From Eledone cirrhosa (Eukaryota), in the NCBI GenBank assembly GCA_964016885.1, contig OZ024758.1, positions 33,604,001 to 33,668,000 on the forward strand: 64,000 bases of DNA, read 5' to 3'. The notes beneath the pieces were generated by a model. It had not been told where the DNA came from, searched no databases, and saw only the letters and a program-made list of their open reading frames with translations. Of this stretch, positions 25,601-38,400 are shown piece after piece. The translations under genes were made by a program, and so were the position numbers. Positions within the stretch are counted from its first letter, which is position 1. Every line of letters starts with the position of its first letter.

Positions 25601-28600
25601 CATGGTATTAGCTGTCAGAAGGAACTCCACTGTTGGTGAGAATTCATTTAAGTTCATGGTATTAGCTGTCAGAAGTAACTCCACTGTTGGTGAGAATTCA
25701 TTTATGTTCATGGTACTAGTTGTCAGAAGTAACTCCACTGTTGGTGAGAATATATTTAAGTTCATGGTATTAGTTGTCAGAAGTAACTCCACTGTTGGTG
25801 AGAATTCATTTAAGTCATGGTATTAGTTGTCAGAAGTAACTCCAATGTTGGTGAGAATTCATTTAAGTTCATGGTACTAGCTGTCAGAAGTAACTCCACT
25901 GTTGGTGAGAATTCATTTAAGTTCATGGTATTAGCTGTCAGAAGTAACTCCACTGTTGGTGAGAATTCATTTAAGTCATGGTATTAGCTGTCAGAAGTAA
26001 CTCCATTGTTGGTGAGCATTCATTTAAGTCATGGTACTAGCTGTCAGAAGTAACTCCACTGTTGGTGAGAATTCATTTAAGTTCATGGTATTAGCTGTCA
26101 GAAGTCACTCCACTGTTGGTGAGAATTCATTTAAGTTCATGGTATTAGCTGTCAGAAGGAACTCCACTGTTGGTGAGAATTCATTTAAGTTCATGGTATT
26201 AGCTGTCAGAAGTAACTCCACTGTTGGTGAGAATTCATTTAAGTTCATGGTACTAGCTGTCAGAAGTAACTCCAATGTTGGTGAGAATTCATTTAAGTTC
26301 ATGGTATTAGCTGTCAGAAGTAACTCCACTGTTGGTGAGAATTCATTTAAGTTCATGGTATTAGCTGTCAGAAGTAACTCCACTGTTGGTGAGAATTCAT
26401 TTAAGTTCATGGTACTAGCTGTCAGAAGTAACTCCACTGTTGGTGAGAATTCATTTAAGTTCATGGTATTAGTTTGTCAGAAGTAACTCCACTGTTGGTG
26501 AGAATTCATTTAAGTTCATAGTATTAGCTGTCAGAAGGAACGCCACTGTTGGTGAGAATTCATTTAAGTTCATGGTATTAGCTGTCAGAAGTAACTCCAC
26601 TGTTGGTGAGAATTCATTTAAGTTCATGGTACTAGCTGTCAGAAGTAACTCCAATGTTGGTGAGAATTCATTTAAGTTCATGGTATTAGCTGTCAGAAGG
26701 AACTCCACTGTTGGTGAGAATTCATTTAAGTTCATGGTATTAGCTGTCAGAAGTAACTCCATTGTTGGTGAGAATTCATTTAAGTCATGGTACTAGCTGT
26801 CAGAAGTAACTCCACTGTTGGTGAGAATTCATTTAAGTTCATGGTATTAGTTTGTCAGAAGTAACTCCACTGTTGGTGAGAATTCATTTAAGTTCATGGT
26901 ATTAGCTGTCAGAAGGAACTCCAATGTTGGTGAGAATTCATTTAAGTCATGGTACTAGCTGTCAGAAGTAACTCCACTGTGGGTGAGAATTCATTTAAGT
27001 TCATGGTATTAGCTGTCAGAAGGAACGCCACTGTTGGTGAGAATTCATTTAAGTTCATGGTATTAGCTGTCAGAAGTAACTCCACTGTTGGTGAGAATTC
27101 ATTTAAGTTCATTTTACTAGCTGTCAGAAGTAACTCCAATGTTGGTGAGAATTCATTTAAGTTCATGGTATTAGCTGTCAGAAGGAACTCCACTGTTGGT
27201 GAGAATTCATTTAAGTTCATGGTATTAGCTGTCAGAAGTAACTCCACTGTTGGTGAGAATTCATTTAAGTTCATGGTACAAGTTGTCAGAAGTAACTCCA
27301 CTGTTGGTGAGAATTCATTTAAGTTCATGGTATTAGTTGTCAGAAGTAACTCCACTGTTGGTGAGAATTCATTTAAGTCATGGTATTAGTTGTCAGAAGT
27401 AACTCCAATGTTGGTGAGAATTCATTTAAGTTCATGGTACTAGCTGTCAGAAGTAACTCCACTGTTGCTGAGAATTCATTTAAGTTCATGGTATTAGCTG
27501 TCAGAAGTAACTCCACTGTTGGTGAGAATTCATTTAAGTCATGGTATTAGCTGTCAGAAGTAACTCCATTGTTGGTGAGAATTCATTTAAGTCATGGTAC
27601 TAGCTGTCAGAAGTAACTCCACTGTTGGTGAGAATTCCTTTAAGTTCATGGTATTAGCTGTCAGAAGGAACTCCACTGTTGGTGAGAATTCATTTAAGTT
27701 CATGGTACTAGCTGTCAGAAGTAACTCCACTGTTGGTGAGAATTCATTTAAGTTCATGGTACTAGCTGTCAGAAGTAACTCCAATGTTGGTGAGAATTCA
27801 TTTAAGTTCATGGTATTAGCTGTCAGAAGGAACTTCACTGTTGGTGAGAATTCATTTAAGTTCATGGTACTAGCTGTCAGAAGTAACTCCACTGTTGGTG
27901 AGAATTCATTTAAGTTCATGGTACTAGCTGTCAGAAGTAACTCCACTGTTGGTGAGAATTCATTTAAGTTCATGGTATTAGCTGTCAGAAGTCACTCCAA
28001 TGTTGGTGAGTTCATTTAAGTTCATGGTATTAGCTGTCAGAAGTCACTCCACTGTTGGTGAGAATTCATTTTAGTTCATGGTACTAGCTGTCAGAAGTAA
28101 CCCCAATGTTGGTGAGAATTCATTTAAGTTCATGGTATTAGCTGTCAGAAGTCACTCCAATGTTGGTTAGAATTCATTTAAGTTCATGGTATTAGCTGTC
28201 AGAAGTAACTCCACTGTTGGTGAGAATTCATTTAAGTTCATGGTATTAGCTGTCAGAAGTAACTCCAATGTTGGTGAGAATTCATTTAAGTTCATGGTAT
28301 TAGCTGTCAGAAGTAACTCCACTGTTGGTGAGAATTCATTTAAGTTCATGGTATTAGCTGTCAGAAGGAACTCCAATGTTGGTGAGAATTCATTTAAGTC
28401 ATGGTACTAGCTGTCAAAAGTAACTCCACTGTTGGTGAGAATTCATTTAAGTTCATGGTATTAGCTGTCAGAAGGAACGCCACTGTTGGTGAGAATTCAT
28501 TTAAGTTCATGGTATTAGCTGTCAGAAGTAACTCCACTGTTGGTGAGAATTCATTTAAGTTCATTTTACTAGCTGTCAGAAGTAACTCCAATGTTGGTGA

Positions 28601-28929
28601 GAATTCATTTAAGTTCATGGTATTAGCTGTCAGAAGGAACTCCACTGTTGGTGAGAATTCATTTAAGTTCATGGTACAAGTTGTCAGAAGTAACTCCACT
28701 GTTGGTGAGAATTCATTTAAGTTCATGGTATTAGTTGTCAGAAGTAACTCCACTGTTGGTGAGAATTCATTTAAGTTCATGGTATTAGCTGTCAGAAGTA
28801 ACTCCACTGTTGGTGAGAATTCATTTAAGTCATGGTATTAGCTGTCAGAAGTAACTCCATTGTTGGTGAGAATTCATTTAAGTCATGGTACTAGCTGTCA
28901 GAAGTAACTCCACTGTTGGTGAGAATTCA

Positions 28930-31900
28930 TTTAAGTTCATGGTATTAGCTGTCAGAAGGAACTCCACTGTTGGTGAGAATTCATTTAAGTTCATGGTACT
29001 AGCTGTCAGAAGTAACTCCACTGTTGGTGAGAATTCATTTAAGTTCATGGTACTAGCTGTCAGAAGTAACACCAATGTTGGTGAGAATTCATTTAAGTTC
29101 ATGGTATTAGCTGTCAGAAGGAACTCCACTGTTGGTGAGAATTCATTTAAGTTCATGGTATTAGCTGTCAGAAGTAACTCCACTGTTGGTGAGAATTCAT
29201 TTATGTTCATGGTACTAGTTGTCAGAAGTAACTCCACTGTTGGTGAGAATATATTTAAGTTCATGGTATTAGTTGTCAGAAGTAACTCCACTGTTGGTGA
29301 GAATTCATTTAATTCATGGTATTAGTTGTCAGAAGTAACTCCAATGTTGGTGAGAATTCATTTAAGTTCATGGTACTAGCTGTCAGAAGTAACTCCACTG
29401 TTGGTGAGAATTCATTTAAGTTCATGGTATTAGCTGTCAGAAGTAACTCCACTGTTGGTGAGAATTCATTTAAGTTCATGGTATTAGCTGTCAGAAGGAA
29501 CTCCACTGTTGGTGAGAATTCATTTAAGTTCATGGTACTAGCTGTCAGAAGTAACTCCACTGTTGGTGAGAATTCATTTAAGTTCATGGTATTAGCTGTC
29601 AGAAGTAACTCCACTGTTGGTGAGAATTCATTTAAGTTCATGGTATTAGCTGTCAGAAGTAACTCCACTGTTGGTGAGAATTCATTTAAGTTCATGGTAC
29701 TAGCTGTCAGAAGTAACTCCACTGTTGGTGAGAACTCATTTAAGTTCATGGTATTAGCTTGTCAGAAGTAACTCCACTGTTGGTGAGAATTCATTTAAGT
29801 CATGGTATTAGTTGTCAGAAGTAACTCCAATGTTGGTGAGAATTCATTTAAGTTCATGGTACTAGCTGTCAGAAGTAACTCCACTGTTGGTGAGAATTCA
29901 TTTAAGTTCATGGTATTAGCTGTCAGAAGTAACTCCACTGTTGGTGAGAATTCATTTAAGTCATGGTATTATCTGTCAGAAGTAACTCCATTGTTGGTGA
30001 GAATTCATTTAAGTTCATGGTATTAGCTGTCAGAAGTAACTCCACTGTTGGTGAGAATTCATTTAAGTTCATGGTATTAGCTGTCAGAAGGAACTCCACT
30101 GTTGGTGAGAATTCATTTAAGTTCATGGTACTAGCTGTCAGAAGTAACTCCACTGTTGGTGAGAATTCATTTAAGTTCATGGTATTAGCTGTCAGAAGTA
30201 ACTCCACTGTTGGTGAGAATTCATTTAAGTTCATGGTATTAGCTGTCAGAAGTAACTCCACTGTTGGTGAGAATTCATTTAAGTTCATGGTACTAGCTGT
30301 CAGAAGTAACTCCACTGTTGGTGAGAATTCATTTAAGTTCATGGTATTAGCTTGTCAGAAGTAACTCCACTGTTGGTGAGAATTCATTTAAGTCATGGTA
30401 TTAGTTGTCAGAAGTAACTCCAATGTTGGTGAGAATTCATTTAAGTTCATGGTTCTAGCTGTCAGAAGTAACTCCACTGTTGGTGAGAATTCATTTAAGT
30501 TCATGGTACTAGCTGTCAGAAGTAACTCCACTGTTGGTGAGAATTCATTTAAGTTCATGGTACTAGCTGTCAGAAGTAACACCAATGTTGGTGAGAATTC
30601 ATTTAAGTTCATGGTATTAGCTGTCAGAAGGAACTCCACTGTTGGTGAGAATTCATTTAAGTTCATGGTATTAGCTGTCAGAAGTAACTCCACTGTTGGT
30701 GAGAATTCATTTATGTTCATGGTACTAGTTGTCAGAAGTAACTCCACTGTTGGTGAGAATATATTTAAGTTCATGGTATTAGTTGTCAGAAGTAACTCCA
30801 CTGTTGGTGAGAATTCATTTAATTCATGGTATTAGTTGTCAGAAGTAACTCCAATGTTGGTGAGAATTCATTTAAGTTCATGGTACTAGCTGTCAGAAGG
30901 AACTCCACTGTTGGTGAGAATTCATTTAAGTTCATGGTACTAGCTGTCAGAAGTAACTCCACTGTTGGTGAGAATTCATTTAAGTTCATGGTACTAGCTG
31001 TCAGAAGTAACACCAATGTTGGTGAGAATTCATTTAAGTTCATGGTATTAGCTGTCAGAAGGAACTCCACTGTTGGTGAGAATTCATTTAAGTTCATGGT
31101 ATTAGCTGTCAGAAGTAACTCCACTGTTGGTGAGAATTCATTTATGTTCATGGTACTAGTTGTCAGAAGTAACTCCACTGTTGGTGAGAATATATTTAAG
31201 TTCATGGTATTAGTTGTCAGAAGTAACTCCACTGTTGGTGAGAATTCATTTAATTCATGGTATTAGTTGTCAGAAGTAACTCCAATGTTGGTGAGAATTC
31301 ATTTAAGTTCATGGTACTAGCTGTCAGAAGTAACTCCACTGTTGGTGAGAATTCATTTAAGTTCATGGTATTAGCTGTCAGAAGTAACTCCACTGTTGGT
31401 GAGAATTCATTTAAGTTCATGGTATTAGCTGTCAGAAGGAACTCCACTGTTGGTGAGAATTCATTTAAGTTCATGGTACTAGCTGTCAGAAGTAACTCCA
31501 CTGTTGGTGAGAATTCATTTAAGTTCATGGTATTAGCTGTCAGAAGTAACTCCACTGTTGGTGAGAATTCATTTAAGTTCATGGTATTAGCTGTCAGAAG
31601 TAACTCCACTGTTGGTGAGAATTCATTTAAGTTCATGGTACTAGCTGTCAGAAGTAACTCCACTGTTGCTGAGAATTCATTTAAGTTCATGGTATTAGCT
31701 TGTCAGAAGTAACTCCACTGTTGGTGAGAATTCATTTAAGTCATGGTATTAGTTGTCAGAAGTAACTCCAATGTTGGTGAGAATTCATTTAAGTTCATGG
31801 TACTAGCTGTCAGAAGTAACTCCACTGTTGGTGAGAATTCATTTAAGTTCATGGTATTAGCTGTCAGAAGTAACTCCACTGTTGGTGAGAATTCATTTAA

Positions 31901-32470
31901 GTCATGGTATTATCTGTCAGAAGTAACTCCATTGTTGGTGAGAATTCATTTAAGTTCATGGTATTAGCTGTCAGAAGTAACTCCACTGTTGGTGAGAATT
32001 CATTTAAGTTCATGGTATTAGCTGTCAGAAGGAACTCCACTGTTGGTGAGAATTCATTTAAGTTCATGGTACTAGCTGTCAGAAGTAACTCCACTGTTGG
32101 TGAGAATTCATTTAAGTTCATGGTATTAGCTGTCAGAAGTAACTCCACTGTTGGTGAGAATTCATTTAAGTTCATGGTATTAGCTGTCAGAAGTAACTCC
32201 ACTGTTGGTGAGAATTCATTTAAGTTCATGGTACTAGCTGTCAGAAGTAACTCCACTGTTGGTGAGAATTCATTTAAGTTCATGGTATTAGCTTGTCAGA
32301 AGTAACTCCACTGTTGGTGAGAATTCATTTAAGTCATGGTATTAGTTGTCAGAAGTAACTCCAATGTTGGTGAGAATTCATTTAAGTTCATGGTTCTAGC
32401 TGTCAGAAGTAACTCCACTGTTGGTGAGAATTCATTTAAGTTCATGGTATTAGCTGTCAGAAGTAACTCC
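28930..32470. repeat. Higher-order duplication, 1,941-bp offset (about 36 monomers), with a 431-bp internal duplication at the junction
   Basis: ORFs 29316/31257, 29802/31743 and 29963/31904 are offset by 1941. AACACCAAT occurs at ~29070, 30580 and 31011, the last two 431 bp apart. Confidence 0.85.
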
Positions 32471-35400
32471 ACTGTTGGTGAGAATTCATTTAAGTCATGG
32501 TATTATCTGTCAGAAGTAACTCCATTGTTGGTGAGAATTCATTTAAGTCATGGTACTAGCTGTCAGAAGTAACTCCACTGTTGGTGAGAATTCATTTAAG
32601 TTCATGGTACTAGCTGTCAGAAGTAACTCCACTGTTGGTGAGAATTCATTTAAGTTCATGGTACTAGCTGTCAGAAGTAACTCCACTGTTGGTGAGAATT
32701 CATTTAAGTTCATGGTACTAGCTGTCAGAAGTAACTCCACTGTTGGTGAGAATTCATTTAAGTTCATGGTATTAGCTGTCAGAAGTCACTCCAATGTTGG
32801 TGAGTTCATTTAAGTTCATGGTATTAGCTGTCAGAAGTCACTCCACTGTTGGTGAGAATTCATTTTAGTTCATGGTATTAGCTGTCAGAAGTCACTCCAA
32901 TGTTGGTGAGTTCATTTAAGTTCATGGTACTAGCTGTCAGAAGTAACCCCAATGTTGGTGAGAATTCATTTAAGTTCATGGTATTAGCTGTCAGAAGTCA
33001 CTCCAATGTTGGTTAGAATTCATTTAAGTTCATGGTATTAGCTGTCAGAAGTAACTCCACTGTTGGTGAGAATTCATTTAAGTTCATGGTATTAGCTGTC
33101 AGAAGTAACTCCACTGTTGGTGAGAATTCATTTAAGTTCATGGTATTAGCTGTCAGAAGTAACTCCACTGTTGGTGAGAATTCATTTAAGTTCATGGTAT
33201 TAGCTGTCAGAAGGAACTCCAATGTTGGTGAGAATTCATTTAAGTCGTGGTACTAGCTGTCAGAAGTAACTCCACTGTTGGTGAGAATTCATTTAAGTTC
33301 ATGGTATTAGCTGTCAGAAGTAACGCCACTGTTGGTGAGAATTCATTTAAGTTCATGGTATTAGCTGTCAGAAGTAACTCCACTGTTGGTGAGAATTCAT
33401 TTAAGTTCATTTTACTAGCTGTCAGAAGTAACTCCAATGTTGGTGAGAATTCATTTAAGTTCATGGTATTAGCTGTCAGAAGGAACTCCACTGTTGGTGA
33501 GAATTCATTTAAGTTCATGGTATTAGCTGTCAGAAGTAACTCCACTGTTGGTGAGAATTCATTTAAGTTCATGGTACAAGTTGTCAGAAGTAACTCCACT
33601 GTTGGTGAGAATTCATTTAAGTTCATGGTATTAGTTGTCAGAAGCAACTCCACTGTTGGTGAGAATTCATTTAAGTCATGGTATTAGTTGTCAGAAGTAA
33701 CTCCAATGTTGGTGAGAATTCATTTAAGTTCATGGTACTAGCTGTCAGAAGTAACTCCACTGTTGGTGAGAATTCATTTAAGTTCATGGTATTAGCTGTC
33801 AGAAGTAACTCCACTGTTGGTGAGAATTCATTTAAGTCATGGTATTAGCTGTCAGAAGTAACTCCATTGTTGGTGAGAATTCATTTAAGTCATGGTACTA
33901 GCTGTCAGAAGTAACTCCACTGTTGGTGAGAATTCATTTAAGTTCATGGTATTAGCTGTCAGAAGGAACTCCACTGTTGGTGAGAATTCATTTAAGTTCA
34001 TGGTACTAGCTGTCAGAAGTAACTCCACTGTTGGTGAGAATTCATTTAAGTTCATGGTACTAGCTGTCAGAAGTAACTCCAATGTTGGTGAGAATTCATT
34101 TAAGTTCATGGTATTAGCTGTCAGAAGGAACTCCACTGTTGGTGAGAATTCATTTAAGTTCATGGTATTAGCTGTCAGAAGTAACTCCACTGTTGGTGAG
34201 AATTCATTTATGTTCATGGTACTAGTTGTCAGAAGTAACTCCACTGTTGGTGAGAATATATTTAAGTTCATGGTATTAGTTGTCAGAAGTAACTCCACTG
34301 TTGGTGAGAATTCATTTAAGTCATGGTATTAGTTGTCAGAAGTAACTCCAATGTTGGTGAGAATTCATTTAAGTTCATGGTACTAGCTGTCAGAAGTAAC
34401 TCCACTGTTGGTGAGAATTCATTTAAGTTCATGGTATTAGCTGTCAGAAGTAACTCCACTGTTGGTGAGAATTCATTTAAGTCATGGTATTAGCTGTCAG
34501 AAGTAACTCCATTGTTGGTGAGCATTCATTTAAGTCATGGTACTAGCTGTCAGAAGTAACTCCACTGTTGGTGAGAATTCATTTAAGTTCATGGTATTAG
34601 CTGTCAGAAGTCACTCCACTGTTGGTGAGAATTCATTTAAGTTCATGGTATTAGCTGTCAGAAGTAACTCCACTGTTGGTGAGAATTCATTTAAGTTCAT
34701 GGTATTAGCTGTCAGAAGTAACTCCACTGTTGGTGAGAATTCATTTAAGTTCATGGTACTAGCTGTCAGAAGTAACTCCACTGTTGGTGAGAATTCATTT
34801 AAGTTCATGGTATTAGCTGTCAGAAGTAACTCCACTGTTGGTGAGAATTCATTTAAGTTCATGGTACTAGCTGTCAGAAGTAACTCCACTGTTGGTGAGA
34901 ATTCATTTAAGTTCATGGTATTAGTTTGTCAGAAGTAACTCCACTGTTGGTGAGAATTCATTTAAGTTCATAGTATTAGCTGTCAGAAGGAACGCCACTG
35001 TTGGTGAGAATTCATTTAAGTTCATGGTATTAGCTGTCAGAAGTAACTCCACTGTTGGTGAGAATTCATTTAAGTTCATGGTACTAGCTGTCAGAAGTAA
35101 CTCCAATGTTGGTGAGAATTCATTTAAGTTCATGGTATTAGCTGTCAGAAGGAACTCCACTGTTGGTGAGAATTCATTTAAGTTCATGGTATTAGCTGTC
35201 AGAAGTAACTCCATTGTTGGTGAGAATTCATTTAAGTCATGGTACTAGCTGTCAGAAGTAACTCCACTGTTGGTGAGAATTCATTTAAGTTCATGGTATT
35301 AGTTTGTCAGAAGTAACTCCACTGTTGGTGAGAATTCATTTAAGTCATGGTATTAGTTGTCAGAAGTAACTCCAATGTTGGTGAGAATTCATTTAAGTTC

Positions 35401-38400
35401 ATGGTACTAGCTGTCAGAAGTAACTCCATTGTTGGTGAGAATTCATTTAAGTTCATGGTACTAGCTGTCAGAAGTAACTCCACTGTTGGTGAGAATTCAT
35501 TTAAGTTCATGGTATTAGTTTGTCAGAAGTAACTCCACTGTTGGTGAGAATTCATTTAAGTCATGGTATTAGTTGTCAGAAGTAACTCCAATGTTGGTGA
35601 GAATTCATTTAAGTCATGGTACTAGCTGTCAGAAGTAACTCCAATGTTGGTGAGAATTCATTTAAGTTCATGGTATTAGCTGTCAGAAGGAACTCCACTG
35701 TTGGTGAGAATTCATTTAAGTTCATGGTATTAGCTGTCAGAAGTAACTCAACTGTTGGTGAGAATTCATTTAAGTTCATGGTATTAGCTGTCAGAAGTAA
35801 CTCCACTGTTGGTGAGAATTCATTTAAGTCATGGTATTAGCTGTCAGAAGTAACTCCAATGTTGGTGAGAATTCATTTAAGTTCATGGTATTAGCTGTCA
35901 GAAGTAACTCCACTGTTGGTGAGAATTCATTTAAGTTCATGGTATTAGCTGTCAGAAGTAACTCCAATGTTGGTGAGAATTCATTTAAGTCATGGTACTA
36001 GCTGTCAGAAGTAACTCCACTGTTGGTGAGAATTCATTTAAGTTCATGGTATTAGCTGTCAGAAGTCACTCCAATGTTGGTGAGTTCATTTAAGTTCATG
36101 GTATTAGCTGTCAGAAGTCACTCCACTGTTGGTGAGAATTCATTTTAGTTCATGGTACTAGCTGTCAGAAGTAACCCCAATGTTGGTGAGAATTCATTTA
36201 AGTTCATGGTATTAGCTGTCAGAAGTCACTCCAATGTTGGTTAGAATTCATTTAAGTTCATGGTATTAGCTGTCAGAAGTAACTCCACTGTTGGTGAGAA
36301 TTCATTTAAGTTCATGGTATTAGCTGTCAGAAGTAACTCCACTGTTGGTGAGAATTCATTTAAGTTCATTTTACTAGCTGTCAGAAGTAACTCCAATGTT
36401 GGTGAGAATTCATTTAAGTTCATGGTATTAGCTGTCAGAAGGAACTCCACTGTTGGTGAGAATTCATTTAAGTTCATGGTATTAGCTGTCAGAAGTAACT
36501 CCACTGTTGGTGAGAATTCATTTAAGTTCATGGTACAAGTTGTCAGAAGTAACTCCACTGTTGGTGAGAATTCATTTAAGTTCATGGTATTAGTTGTCAG
36601 AAGCAACTCCACTGTTGGTGAGAATTCATTTAAGTCATGGTATTAGTTGTCAGAAGTAACTCCAATGTTGGTGAGAATTCATTTAAGTTCATGGTACTAG
36701 CTGTCAGAAGTAACTCCACTGTTGGTGAGAATTCATTTAAGTTCATGGTATTAGCTGTCAGAAGTAACTCCACTGTTGGTGAGAATTCATTTAAGTCATG
36801 GTATTAGCTGTCAGAAGTAACTCCATTGTTGGTGAGAATTCATTTAAGTCATGGTACTAGCTGTCAGAAGTAACTCCACTGTTGGTGAGAATTCATTTAA
36901 GTTCATGGTATTAGCTGTCAGAAGGAACTCCACTGTTGGTGAGAATTCATTTAAGTTCATGGTACTAGCTGTCAGAAGTAACTCCACTGTTGGTGAGAAT
37001 TCATTTAAGTTCATGGTACTAGCTGTCAGAAGTAACTCCAATGTTGGTGAGAATTCATTTAAGTTCATGGTATTAGCTGTCAGAAGGAACTCCACTGTTG
37101 GTGAGAATTCATTTAAGTTCATGGTATTAGCTGTCAGAAGTAACTCCACTGTTGGTGAGAATTCATTTATGTTCATGGTACTAGTTGTCAGAAGTAACTC
37201 CACTGTTGGTGAGAATATATTTAAGTTCATGGTATTAGTTGTCAGAAGTAACTCCACTGTTGGTGAGAATTCATTTAAGTCATGGTATTAGTTGTCAGAA
37301 GTAACTCCAATGTTGGTGAGAATTCATTTAAGTTCATGGTACTAGCTGTCAGAAGTAACTCCACTGTTGGTGAGAATTCATTTAAGTTCATGGTATTAGC
37401 TGTCAGAAGTAACTCCACTGTTGGTGAGAATTCATTTAAGTCATGGTATTAGCTGTCAGAAGTAACTCCATTGTTGGTGAGCATTCATTTAAGTCATGGT
37501 ACTAGCTGTCAGAAGTAACTCCACTGTTGGTGAGAATTCATTTAAGTTCATGGTATTAGCTGTCAGAAGTCACTCCACTGTTGGTGAGAATTCATTTAAG
37601 TTCATGGTACTAGCTGTCAGAAGTAACTCCACTGTTGGTGAGAATTCATTTAAGTTCATGGTATTAGTTTGTCAGAAGTAACTCCACTGTTGGTGAGAAT
37701 TCATTTAAGTCATGGTATTAGTTGTCAGAAGTAACTCCAATGTTGGTGAGAATTCATTTAAGTCATGGTACTAGCTGTCAGAAGTAACTCCAATGTTGGT
37801 GAGAATTCATTTAAGTTCATGGTATTAGCTGTCAGAAGGAACTCCACTGTTGGTGAGAATTCATTTAAGTTCATGGTATTAGCTGTCAGAAGTAACTCCA
37901 CTGTTGGTGAGAATTCATTTAAGTTCATGGTACTAGCTGTCAGAAGTAACTCCAATGTTGGTGAGAATTCATTTAAGTTCATGGTATTAGCTGTCAGAAG
38001 TAACTCCACTGTTGGTGAGAATTCATTTAAGTCATGGTATTAGCTGTCAGAAGTAACTCCAATGTTGGTGAGAATTCATTTAAGTTCATGGTATTAGCTG
38101 TCAGAAGTAACTCCACTGTTGGTGAGAATTCATTTAAGTTCATGGTATTAGCTGTCAGAAGTAACTCCACTGTTGGTGAGAATTCATTTAAGTTCATGGT
38201 ACTAGCTGTCAGAAGTAACTCCACTGTTGGTGAGAATTCATTTAAGTTCATGGTATTAGTTTGTCAGAAGTAACTCCACTGTTGGTGAGAATTCATTTAA
38301 GTTCATAGTATTAGCTGTCAGAAGGAACGCCACTGTTGGTGAGAATTCATTTAAGTTCATGGTATTAGCTGTCAGAAGTAACTCCACTGTTGGTGAGAAT

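Larger units (their letters stand above)
18440..36650. repeat. Central satellite sub-domain (variant class B) with private variant monomers
   Basis: Markers I saw only here: the 52-bp monomer GGTGAGTTCATT, plus CATTTTAGTT, CATTTTACTA, GGTACAAGTT, TATTATCTGT, TAGCTTGTC, GGTTCTAGC, AACACCAAT, GAATTCCTTT, GTCAAAAGT and AGCAACTCC. Class-A-like stretches are interspersed (~25.8-26.9 kb and ~34.3-35.9 kb). Confidence 0.75.
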
